Assembly: GCA_030141605.1 (NCBI GenBank)
Contig: JAQGDQ010000722.1
Location: forward strand, 1 to 64,000
Origin: Tubiluchus corallicola
Taxonomy: Eukaryota; Animalia; Priapulida
Direction: 5' to 3'
DNA: 64,000 bases
The notes beneath the pieces were generated by a model. That model saw only the letters and a program-made list of their open reading frames with translations, was not told the DNA's origin and ran no database searches. Position numbers and translations under genes: made by a program. Shown in pieces: positions 43,420 through 53,779 of the stretch (positions are counted from its first letter, which is position 1; the number at the start of each line of letters is the position of its first letter).

Positions 43420-44590
43420 AGTGAATGAGTCACGAGTGCGTAGTGCCTATTTAGGGTCGCTAATCGACGGTCCTCGGTGGGCGCATTAATACAACTCCTG
43501 GCCGTCACTCATTAATCAAATAAGGCAGTACACAAATAAAGCTGCTATGTGTAGTCACTGTGCTAATAAGTGCGGCGAACATAACTCCATAACTCCATCA
43601 CGAGAACCGGCAAAAAACATTCGCATAGTCGCTAGGCGATTTGTATAAGAACACTGTAAGATGTGTAAGATGATCGACTCAGTCTTTATCGTGCGTGCGC
43701 ATTGATGGTGAGTAGGTGGGTATTTTTTATAAAAAATGCTCTAAACAAGTTCCCCTGCCTTTACTGGACCTGAGTCTCGGGGATTAGTTTATTACAGGTC
43801 CTGAAAACAGATACCTATAGCTGATGTCCTTCTTGAAGCGGGTTCTAGTTAAAAGGAAACGAATTTTCTGATGAAGAATTCCACAGAATAGAGGCTCGAT
43901 TGAAAAACTGGGTTTATAAACAGCCTTTCTATATATAGAAACAAAAATATGAGAAGCTGCAACAAAACGGGTGCTATGGCCAAACTACCGACGCTTAGCA
44001 GCCAACGAAAAGAGTTCCCGAGAATGATAAAATGGGCTTTAAATAGTAATAGAGTTTCAGCGAGCAAATGCTAGCAGAGCAAAACCTTAAATCAAATCTA
44101 ACCGGCTTTAAACGATTCTGCAACCTGCCATGTGGGTTAATGACGTCAAGTCGGTAAACGAAAAAAAAAACAAATTAAAGTCTACTGAAAAGCTGGAAAT
44201 AAACCTTAACTAGAGTGCAAGAACACGTAATTCTTGATGCCCCACACATTCAAGAACATGTAGCCTGAATTGAAGTGGAATAATATCTCATTTTCGCTTT
44301 TAATAAAATTCCTTTGGTCAAAATTAATAAACATCTGAGGCATTGATCAACTTGCTTTGAATGGCTGGCCTTAGTAATAATAGAGTTTAAACTTGGATAT
44401 GCTTCCGCAAGCCATCGGTCATTGAGTCACTGTTTTCCAACGGGTCATCTGTGTACTGACCTAATATTGGACTGCTACTAATTGACTACTTCGTCCCAGG
44501 TACAGGAGTTTTGCTGTTTCGTTTGAAATAAATTGAACAACGTTACTTTTACGAAAATTATTTTTTCTTACCGTTTAAACTGAGTCATTA
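43420..44590 (-). promoter_or_regulatory. candidate promoter of gene C: TATA, CRE and three AP-1 sites
   Basis: TATAAAA (minus) 43725-43731; TGACGTCA 44141-44148; TGAGTCA at 43426, 44423, 44581. Confidence 0.4.
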
Positions 44591-45982
44591 GCTGCGAGAA
44601 ATATTAATATAAGTATTATATGTGCTGCTGTGTGTAGTAGTGCGAGCTAAATTATATTAATAGCGTTTATTATTATCATACTGTCTGCGGTTTTTTTCTT
44701 GCAAACTTTGCAAACAGCGAAGTGCTAAACAGAATTCAAACATGGCATGCAACGAGTCTACCGGTGGGACATGAGTGTGACCCTGGGTTTGACATAATCC
44801 GTGGCCACAAAGGTAATGCACCTGAATTTGTAACAAATTTTTCTCTTTCACTTGGCATCTCCGTTCTCACTTTTTTCTTATACATTTTACATCAAAGTTT
44901 TTGAGTGTAATGGCGCAATGTGGTGGAGTACTCTTGTGGTGCTATATTCTTTGTTTTGTCAACTCTACGTTACTCTGTGTTAAAATCTTTTCGTATAATT
45001 GCATACAGCCTATAGCCACTAAATACTTTTCTTGGGTTGCTCATCGTAGCAGATTTCCAAGACATATTCCTTAACATGTTTTAAAAGTTGTCAATACCTA
45101 CAAACAAGTCTTCTTATTTTTTCTTTTATCAATTTCTGTTTCTGTGAATTCTTATGTGTAATAGTTAATTTGCGCTGCGGGGTGTTTTGACAGATTTAAA
45201 CCGCATATAATTGACGTTTTATAATGGCTACTGTGTGTTTTCTGTGACCAAGTTTGATTTAAAAAAATCAATAAGCTTAGGTTAATTCCATCGCTGATTT
45301 TTCTTTTTATCTGAAAAATAAATAAAAATATAATTCTGGTTTGTCTAAGGAAAATGCGAAGGCTTTATTTGGTTAATTTTAATCACAAGTGATTAATAAT
45401 AATTTACAGTTTCAACAATACTCTGTCAAGTTTGAAAAAGCTTATGTTCATTTATTAAGCCTGAGTTCAATTTTTAGCATTTTGCTGCTAATTGACAGGG
45501 ACTAATTAACTGCTTCTATTACAGTAATTAAACTCCGTGCACAAGAGCCGAGGACGCGAAAATGTTGAGGAGCTTTTTTTCCAGAAAAAACCCTCAATTT
45601 GAAAACTAATGGACAACCCACAGGGGTCAATTAATCGCTCAGATTAGTTATTTATTGCCGCTTTCTGCCTGCTAGGTGCTGTCAATAGTTTTAAAAGAAG
45701 AGATGCTCTGCTGTATACTTATATAAACTCAATTTATTTTAAGTGAATCTGCAAAACAGCGCATAATTCAGTGAAGTATTTTATTTCTGTTATGTGCAGT
45801 GCAGTGCAGGTACAACAGGAAATGAACGCAGCTCACATGTTTTCTTTATGACATTGTTTATTCATTTACTTATATCTTGTTTTGTCGTTTACCTATTCAT
45901 TTATCTAGCGAAGTATTTAGCCACTTGTTTATTTATTTATTTTATTTAACCCTATTCATTTGTTTATCTACTTATTTAGCTT

Positions 45983-45983
<1 letters not shown>

Positions 45984-46064
<81 letters not shown>

Positions 46065-46095
46065 CAGTTAGTCAGTTAGTCAGTCAATTAGTTAG
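45984..46095. repeat. (TTAG)n tetranucleotide microsatellite
   Basis: gttagttagttag run. Confidence 0.95.
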
Positions 46096-46774
46096 CTGCT
46101 AACTAGTTACTTATTTATTTTTTATTTATTCTTTGTTATTAATGTTGCTGGTTTTGTTTTCAATATAAAACCCCCGCAGAGTAGTTGGCACGATAGAAGA
46201 GTCATGCATTTCAGTTTCAGTTTGATTTTTTCTTATTTCTGGTTAGTTTAGCAATAACAACTCACACCTGCTCCCTCGTTTCAGTCATGGTTTGGCTTAA
46301 TACTTATTTTATCCTTACACTCACAACATAGTCATTCGTGAGCAGATGCTGCCATCTTCACGCAACAAAACGAAGCTAGAACATTGACCAACTTTCTGAT
46401 TATTATTATTAAGAGCAAAACTGAGCGAAAAGCGCTCAGTTTATTTGAGTAAGAAAACGAACTTAAATCTGTTAAGAAAAAGGCTTTTTATGACGGGCAC
46501 TGTAATACAAAGAAGGAAGAAAAACAAATGAGAATAAATTGTTGTATCATGTTTGTAGCATCATCATTCGCCTATTTGTAAAACCACGAAACAAAAATCT
46601 TTTAATTTTTCTTCTTTGCAGACTGTGACTCGAACGCGGGACTTTAGCTTGTTCAGCAAAACAAGGAGTATCAATAAACCAATGTTACATTTATCTCCAA
46701 AAAAGTCAGAACGTCTGTGGTGATTGATGATTTTTATCGTAGTAAGAGCTCTGCGAGAAATTTTCGCCAGACGT

Positions 46775-46957
46775 TTAGGATCTAACAATATTTTCCTTTT
46801 TTGCTCGTAGATACCACTCCGTCCACGAACCGGGGTAAATTTTCACATCGTCTTTTCCACACAGAAATGCCGCTAATGCAACGCCACACGCTGAAACACC
46901 AGAACCGCATGTTGCAATCAACGGCTTGCTGAGGTCCACATCTGCGTCCTTGAAAAG
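46775..46957 (-). CDS. MPST: 3-mercaptopyruvate sulfurtransferase-like, exon 4 (catalytic CGSGVS loop)
   Basis: Acceptor ttattgcag| ends at 46958, phase 0; LFKDADVDLSKPLIATCGSGVSAC...YPGSWTEW...*; CGSG loop is MPST-type, not rhodanese CRKG. Confidence 0.9.
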   Translation of the reverse strand, partial: LFKDADVDLSKPLIATCGSGVSACGVALAAFLCGKDDVKIYPGSWTEWYLRAKKENIVRS

Positions 46958-48191
46958 CTGCAATAAGAATGGTGGATTTTTAACATAACTGACGGATAGT
47001 GGTGGTGGACATAAGGGGCAGTGGCGGAATGGCTGAACGAGAAGGTAGCTTGAGTTGCCTCGAGTTACTTAAGAGGAAATAAGTAACTCATCACACATGC
47101 TTGCCCACCTATTAGTTGGATACAAAGAGTTTTATTGAGCATGATAGACATTGCAGATATCCAGGCACACATACACTATATATATATGTGTGTTTATACA
47201 CCAATTATACAATACAAGATTTAACATATGCGATAAAGAAATACACATAAATGCCGCAATATGCTCTATCCCTAGGTATAATGGCACAAAGTATTATCAT
47301 TGAATGCTAGTTATATTAAATTCAGACATCATGAATCATTAGCATGTGGTGAGAACAAAAATTTCTGTCATTATTTAATAGTCTTCTTATCCAAATGCAT
47401 TTTGGATTTGGAATCTTGCTTGGCATCGTGCAGAGACACAAAAATCTATTTAATCCACAAAGTTTCAAGTTCAGTATCATATTGGTACTTTTCAAACACT
47501 GAAATCGATTTTTTTACATATGTGGAAAACTTGGGAGTATATCATTACTTTTCTTTTGAGTGTGATGCGTTCGCTATTGAAAGCAGCGGATTTCGTACTA
47601 AAATGGAATTCATCCTCAATTTCATATTAGATGAACATAGACCAAACGGTAATCGTTTAAACTCCATCAACTAGGCAACCGAATGCATTTTTCAATTGCT
47701 AAAACGTTTTCTAGTTAGACATGTGTTTTGGAAGCGGACTTAAATCCAACGAAAACCAAATTGTTTGTTGTCAAACTTTAATTTACTGTAGTACACGCTG
47801 CAAAAAAATAATAAGTAGATGACATTTAAAACAATACTTTCAAAATCATTCTATTGTTTTTACTTCTAAATTTGCCCGTGAATTGAAAGCGCAACTTCGG
47901 CCATTTTCGTTTGCATAATTTGGTGTTGTTCTTTGGATAAGGACGTAACCGAGTGGTCACAGTGTGTGCTTAGCGATCGAAGCCATATTTAATGCTCGCT
48001 CTGGGATTTTTCTAATGTCATACTGATTCTGGCTGTTTAATCTCGTTGAGGAAGGATTTATTCACATTCGAACCTGGCTGAAACACCTCTTCCCCAGTTC
48101 AGTATCTCATCTTAGCGGATTATCGTGATAATGGAGCAGACTACGAATTAAGGAGTGCTAAACTACGTGAAGAAAGTTCTACAAACATTAC

Positions 48192-48292
48192 CTGTAGCAG
48201 CATTCTTTTTGATTTCACTATACATTTTTCTTGATCCATTATTAGTCGAAAAGCCAAATTTTTTGAATGAGGAATGTGACCAGATTCTATGC
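48192..48292 (-). CDS. MPST: 3-mercaptopyruvate sulfurtransferase-like, exon 3 (not in ORF track)
   Basis: tattacag|GC ATA GAA TCT GGT CAC ATT CCT = GIESGHIPHSKNLAF...LLQ|gtaatg; 101 nt, phases 1 to 0 fit both neighbours. Confidence 0.88.
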
Positions 48293-48750
48293 CTGTAATA
48301 TATATCAGCATACTAATTATAACTTTATAACGTCATACAAAAGGACGCTAAAAGTACAAATATCCTTTTGAAATAAGGTTATTAAAACCAGTGTAGTTCT
48401 GACATTTTTAATTTAATTTATTATAGTACTAATTACTGCAACGATTCGATTTCACTCTCAAAAATGGCATGCCACAAATGTTTAAGTGAGGCGATTGGCG
48501 AACTGTGCTGTAATGTTCACATATCATTTAAACTTAAGCTGCTGTTTTATTCCAAACCAAAAATAAACAACTCAGTGTTAATGGCATCATTATACTGCCG
48601 AAATGCGTCTTGACTGAGTCTGAGTGGAATAAACGAAAAGTTTTAGCTCAATCGAAATTATTCAAACTTTTCTTTCGCAAGTTTTCAAAAGATCCTTCTT
48701 ATTAAAGTAAAACGTTGTTCTACTTTATATTAAGTTTTTAACAAACTTAC

Positions 48751-49029
48751 CTGCTCTGGGTTCTGGATCTAACCCTGTGAATCTCCCTGAGGGTCTGGCA
48801 TCAACAACTTGAAATTCGCCCATTTCCAAGTTTGCTTCAACGTCTTCAAAATGCGCCAAACGAAAGTGCTGTACTTTGGCGTAAAATCTCTTCTTCTCGA
48901 CTATTGTGTCCTCCCAAGTGGTTGGATACCCTAGAGCCAGCCATCTGAGTAGGCCACCGTTTAAAATTGACACATTCTCGTGGCCAAAATAGCGAAAGGT
49001 CCACCAGACTCGTTGACAAGAGAACATAC
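48751..49029 (-). CDS. MPST: 3-mercaptopyruvate sulfurtransferase-like, exon 2
   Basis: GMFSCQRVWWTFRYFGHENVSILNGG...VVDARPSGRFTGLDPEPRA G|GTAAGT; 279 nt, phases 1 to 1. Confidence 0.92.
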
Positions 49030-49628
49030 CTATACAGGTCAACACAAAATTAGCAGACCCGAAACTTGTCTACTAGAACTACAAAGCATCAGCAAATAGA
49101 GACACTTGTATAATTTTCAAAAGTGAGAACAGAAACTTAAACGAAAAGACCTACGCCAAATTGAACGTTTAACAAAACAAATATAATTTCTATAATTTCT
49201 CTTGAAGCTTACAAAGCCAACTAGGCTAGCGCAGATATAAAAAATAACGAATGCTAGCTATATGTTTTTTTCACTGTGGAAACCCCCATGCTTTGAATAA
49301 ATTTGCCAGAGCTCCAAAGCACAAGGGGTTATAAGTTATGCTTGAAAAAATGGTTTAAGTATTATACACGGTGTCAAGAAATGACAAATCCGCGTCACAA
49401 AACTTTATTATACGTGAAATAATTAATTATACCAAGTCACGGCGATTAGCTAAGTTAGCTTACTTACTCTGTCTGTTTAAATCCTTTCATTAAATTTTAT
49501 CCTTAGAAATCAAAGCTAACGAAGTTCTTAAAGAAACGAGTATTATGACACTACCGTACGGATGAGGATCAGTGATTTCTGGACACCCCTAGATTATATC
49601 TATAAAGAGTGTTTAATGATTAACATAC

Positions 49629-49932
49629 CTAGTTCTGATGTATCATATACCACCACATGAGTATCGTTGTCTATCCCCCTTGATTCCACATACTCTTCAA
49701 AGGCCATCTGGTCTGGAATCATGTGCAGAAGACCGGTAGCTTCATCAGAACAATCGCCAATGTTGAAGAACAATGCCCCGGGAATGTGTTGCCTTTCATA
49801 CTCACGACGAGAGCTTCTCTCAGTAAACGGAAAGTGAGACGAACAGTCTAGCACGCGTACGTTTTTGCCTCCATCGAGCCATTTCTTCAGGGTTTCTGGG
49901 GCAATGAGCGCTTCAGTTTCTGAAACTGACAT
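49629..49932 (-). CDS. MPST: 3-mercaptopyruvate sulfurtransferase-like, exon 1 (total CDS 867 nt, 288 aa)
   Basis: MSVSE...VRVLDCS...HIPGALFF...HMIP...GIDNDTHVVVYD; donor G|GTATGT at 49628; N-terminal rhodanese-domain motifs. Confidence 0.92.
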
Positions 49933-51426
49933 GTTCTAAGGCAAATGGAAATTCCGTGACGGCAAAATGATGTTTACTACTGGACTGCCTTTGCGCTCGA
50001 AAACACGTTGCCCTACACAGTACAAGTTTCAGCGGCATTGACCAAAGGTCAGATCAGCCGGATGGTTTACGTGACAAATATGCGTCTTGCAACCAAAAGT
50101 TTAAGGTTATATTTGGGAGGCAGTCTGATCTAGTCTGGTCAGGATTCACAAAGTTAAAAATCTAAAATCTTATCCCGGTGTCTAAAATTATAAAACATTG
50201 TCATGCTTTAGTAAATCTCTGTACCGCTTAAATATCTCGTAAAGATAAGTTTCTCATTTCTGAACGAATTTCCACTCAGTTTTTCGCTATTTTATGTTAT
50301 TTCATATTGCATCATATTAAAAGTTTATTTCACGCTTATTGCTCTCTGAGCTAGCCAGTCAAGAAGTAGATTTGTTATATATTACATCATTAGAAAAGAC
50401 CCTATTATTCTCTTGGGCTGAGCGTCTCCCGCCAATTTGTGTTTTCTTTACGCCTATCACCCTTTATCAACTTAAATAAGTCGTAAATTGTTCCACCTAA
50501 ATTTCTATTAAAATTTGTCTGAGTGAAGGCAGTTCTTGTATGAGGTGATGATGATATTCATCTTAGATTACAGTGAATGCCGTTCTATTGTCCAATTATG
50601 TAAAAATCGCTTTATACACCTGTATTTAAATGACAACCCGCGTGAAAAACCACACGAATTCTTTACTAGAAATCACGCAGAAAACCGTTCTATGTGTAAA
50701 CGAAGCCTTAAAGTTTAAATAATACAATTAGCGATTTTTTTTATGACTATCGAAGTTACCGATAAAGTGTTCACGGTCAATTAAAGTTGAGAACGCTTAG
50801 CTCAATTTCCAGAGTGGATAACCGTCAGCCAAGTTTACACATTTGTTGTACAAATTATGACACCAAGTTCATAACAGCGTAGAGGCTGCGTGAGTATTTA
50901 TATTATAATAGCTGTAGACCACCCCATTGTAACATTTGCCTGGAGACATGTATGACGTTGAGATGGGGAAGACTTGCAAAAAATGTGTCCAAGTGGGACA
51001 CTCCGAATCGCTCTTTCACTTTAGGAGGTTTTCTCTACTAGGGAGAACCACTGTTTTGCGTTAGCTTTGACTAGCTTCATTTTATACGAGTCTTTACATT
51101 AGGTTTATGAAAAGAAGAAAAACGATAGTAATTATTACTGGTTTTTGTCTGAACTCTAAGCTAAAATTTAATGTTTCCTGTGAGTTAAACAGCAGCCGAA
51201 TTAAAAACCGTAAATTGTTACTAAAGAAATTGGGTTTCATTGAAAAGTTTCCGCATTGTGTATTGTTTGTATTCGTTAAAAGAGGACGCATAGCCTACGC
51301 ATCTGAAAACGACCACATAATCACTGCCGCCCAGTGTATCATCTTGGGGATTGACTTTGATGGGCACAGTCCAGTCCCGTCACAGCCAACTAATTTAAGT
51401 ATAAGAGCGTTTGGCGTTCTGCTTAA

Positions 51427-52551
51427 GGCCATTTACATGGTACGTCCTAAATATACGTCCAAGACACACGTTTTTGGACGCAAGTGGGAATCTGTTTACA
51501 CGATGCGTCTTGCTCGTGCGTCCTGGTCGTGTTGACTCGTTCTACAGCAGGCTCGGGCCTACATGTAAAGGCCAACTAAAGAAAATTGTCAGAACGTGTA
51601 CTACTTGAAAAGCTCACACCAAGAATTAGGCCTAAACTTCTTCGAATAATATGAGAAATTCAATTTCTGCTGCAGAACGTTTACCTTAGCTCCCTCATTT
51701 CTTTGGCATCAGATGTGATCGCCCTATCTCGATTTGAATTATAGGATTGGAAAAAGTCATCATTTAAAAAAAGTAGGATTTTTTAATAAAAGGAACTTGG
51801 CATTCTCAGTTCCTAATTTTTGGTAGTAGTCTCCTAATTGATAATAGGATTGTTCTTATTTTTTTCCCGTTATAGTGTTGCTATCCGCTGTTGCTGTGTC
51901 AAATTCAGATTAATTTTCCAGCTGCCCAGTGTTTATTACGATGCGTAGTATCTTTGTAGATATACTGGCAAAGTAGTGTTACTAGTATAGAACGCTTTAA
52001 ATTTTGCAAAAGAAATCAAAACTGTCTTGGTAGCGTTACATATTCTTTCATAAAATAAAAATCAATTTTTTCACCAACTGGTATAGCGTTACATATTCTT
52101 TCATAAAATAAAAATCAATTTTTTCACCAATTTCTGAATGATCATTTTTTCTGATTGCAATTTGACATCGCCAAAAGGAAAATTGGCATCGGTAAAAAAC
52201 GTACGTTAATTTAAATCAAGATTCAAATGAGGAGTTGAAATCGAAATGGTGCTTGTTTTCTAAGCCTATTGAATGATTTGTAAAAGAAAAAACTTCAACA
52301 ATTAATGTAAATTCCATATTCGGATACTGGTTAATCAATGTCATTGTTGCCTATTTGATTTGCCGCAAGTCCATAGGAGATGCTGTTAACAATGTGTTTT
52401 TTGTTCTTCGAAGTGAGCACGTGACCTAATTTCACTTCCCCGATTGACAGGATTCTGGCCTCGTGCATACAATGTCGCAAGAAATTAGAACATGCGTCCT
52501 GTGCATGCGTCTGACGCATGCATCAAAAACGCACCCCGTGTAAATAGGGCC
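51427..52551. mobile_element. PIF/Harbinger-like non-autonomous element (MITE)
   Basis: Imperfect TIRs GGCCATTTACATGG (51427) and CCGTGTAAATAGGGCC (ends 52551), flanked by TAA/TTA; internal palindrome TGCATGCGTCTGACGCATGCA at 52502-52522. Confidence 0.5.
52031..52130. repeat. tandem duplication, 47 bp identical, period 53
   Basis: tagcgttacatattctttcataaaataaaaatcaattttttcaccaa at 52031 and 52084. Confidence 0.9.
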
Positions 52552-52873
52552 TTACAGTGTGCCGAACTACGTCCCGAAACTCCATCACACGGTTTGGCTA
52601 CGACCCGAGTCTTATCGCTTGCATTTAATGATAGATTTTTAGTAGCGGTAATGCTGATAATATTTCTGCAGAAGTAAAGAATATATGAACTGAATTGAAT
52701 AATATCTGCAATTTAATAAATAATTAAACATCGGAAAAGCCATTACAAGAAAAGGGTTAGTTCTAGCACATAATCTAATTAACACCTTACATAAGAAACA
52801 AATGATTGAAAACACAAGATTTTCTTAAACGCGAAAGTGTCAAATTGACCGTTTCCATGTTTCACGTTGGCTG

Positions 52874-52964
52874 CTAAATGTGATGTTGCTGTCTCCATCT
52901 TGGAATCCTTTCTTTGTTTTCTTTATCACTGCTCGTATGTTGATTGGCCTTCATCTTCTGAAGT
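52874..52964 (-). CDS. Gene A (4-Cys amidated peptide precursor), last exon: (R)LQKMKANQHTSSDKENKERIPRWRQQHHI*
   Basis: Acceptor tgtctgcag| ends at 52965; 91 nt = 1 + 30 codons, fits the phase-2 donor AG|GTAAAG at 53504; ATTAAA on minus at 52712-52717. Confidence 0.62.
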
Positions 52965-53504
52965 CTGCAGACAATTCAATTTCAATTTATTGGTTGTAAA
53001 GTAAACACATACACGTATACAAGTACTCAATATATACTTATGGTGTAATAATGGCCTCATAGCCTTATTTATGGCATCGTGAATTAAACAGCATCCAAAA
53101 TTGTAAAATCAGCATGCATATAAAGGGCTAAGCGTTTCACATCAAAAGGGGAAACTGCTAGTACTGTCACAAATTTTAATGCCCTTGTTTGGATTGTGGC
53201 CCACCTTTCATTGGTTGTTCGTCATTGTGAATCGGTTAGAATTTTTAACGATTAAATTCATTGTTTCAACAGCGAATAAAATTCAACAGAATTCTTCAGT
53301 TTTTGCTTTTAATTGTGACAAGCGAACATGTGTTTAGAATGTAATTTGCTGAGTCCCTATTACTAGACTTGTTCAGAATGGTAGTAATACCATTCATTTA
53401 AATCTATTAAAACAAACCAGCAATAATCTTGGTAATATTTTATTTTCCTTTATCTCTTGTTTTCTTATCCGTTAGTTTAATGAATTAATGCAAAACACCT
53501 TTAC

Positions 53505-53779
53505 CTTTCCTTTACAAATTGTCTGATTGCATCATATGTAACGTCGACGTATCTGTCCGCATCAAAACGTTTCCTGCCGTGGCTAAACAACATATTTTCA
53601 CAGCGACACACGCTAGACGTTCCCACAAGCCCCCGTGCGCACATGGCCTCGCAAAGTCCTCTCCTTGTGTCTCTGAAGAACTCCTGGTCGCGAACTGGAA
53701 TGGGTTCTGCAAGCGTCGTAGAAAGCCAGCACACCAACCAAACCAACCACAACAAGATCATCAATTGTTTCTTCATCAT
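53505..53779 (-). CDS. Gene A: secreted prepropeptide, predicted mature peptide GLCEAMCARGLVGTSSVCRCENMLFSH-amide (CCRFamide-like / cystine-stabilised-helix framework)
   Basis: Signal peptide MMKKQLMILLWLVWLVCWLSTTLA, short propeptide, RR site, C-x3-C-x10-C-R-C, G-RKR amidation/cleavage site. Confidence 0.88.

Noticed and set aside
44657-44904. Cys/His-containing ORFs between gene C and MPST
   Set aside because: No recognisable domain or consistent splice signals
45984-46095. Interstitial telomere repeat
   Set aside because: Unit is TTAG, not TTAGG or TTAGGG
53501-53504. In-frame TAA overlapping the donors of gene A (and gene C at 23899-23902) as a special mechanism
   Set aside because: Any phase-2 GTAA donor gives this; it does mean an unspliced 92-aa form of gene A cannot be excluded
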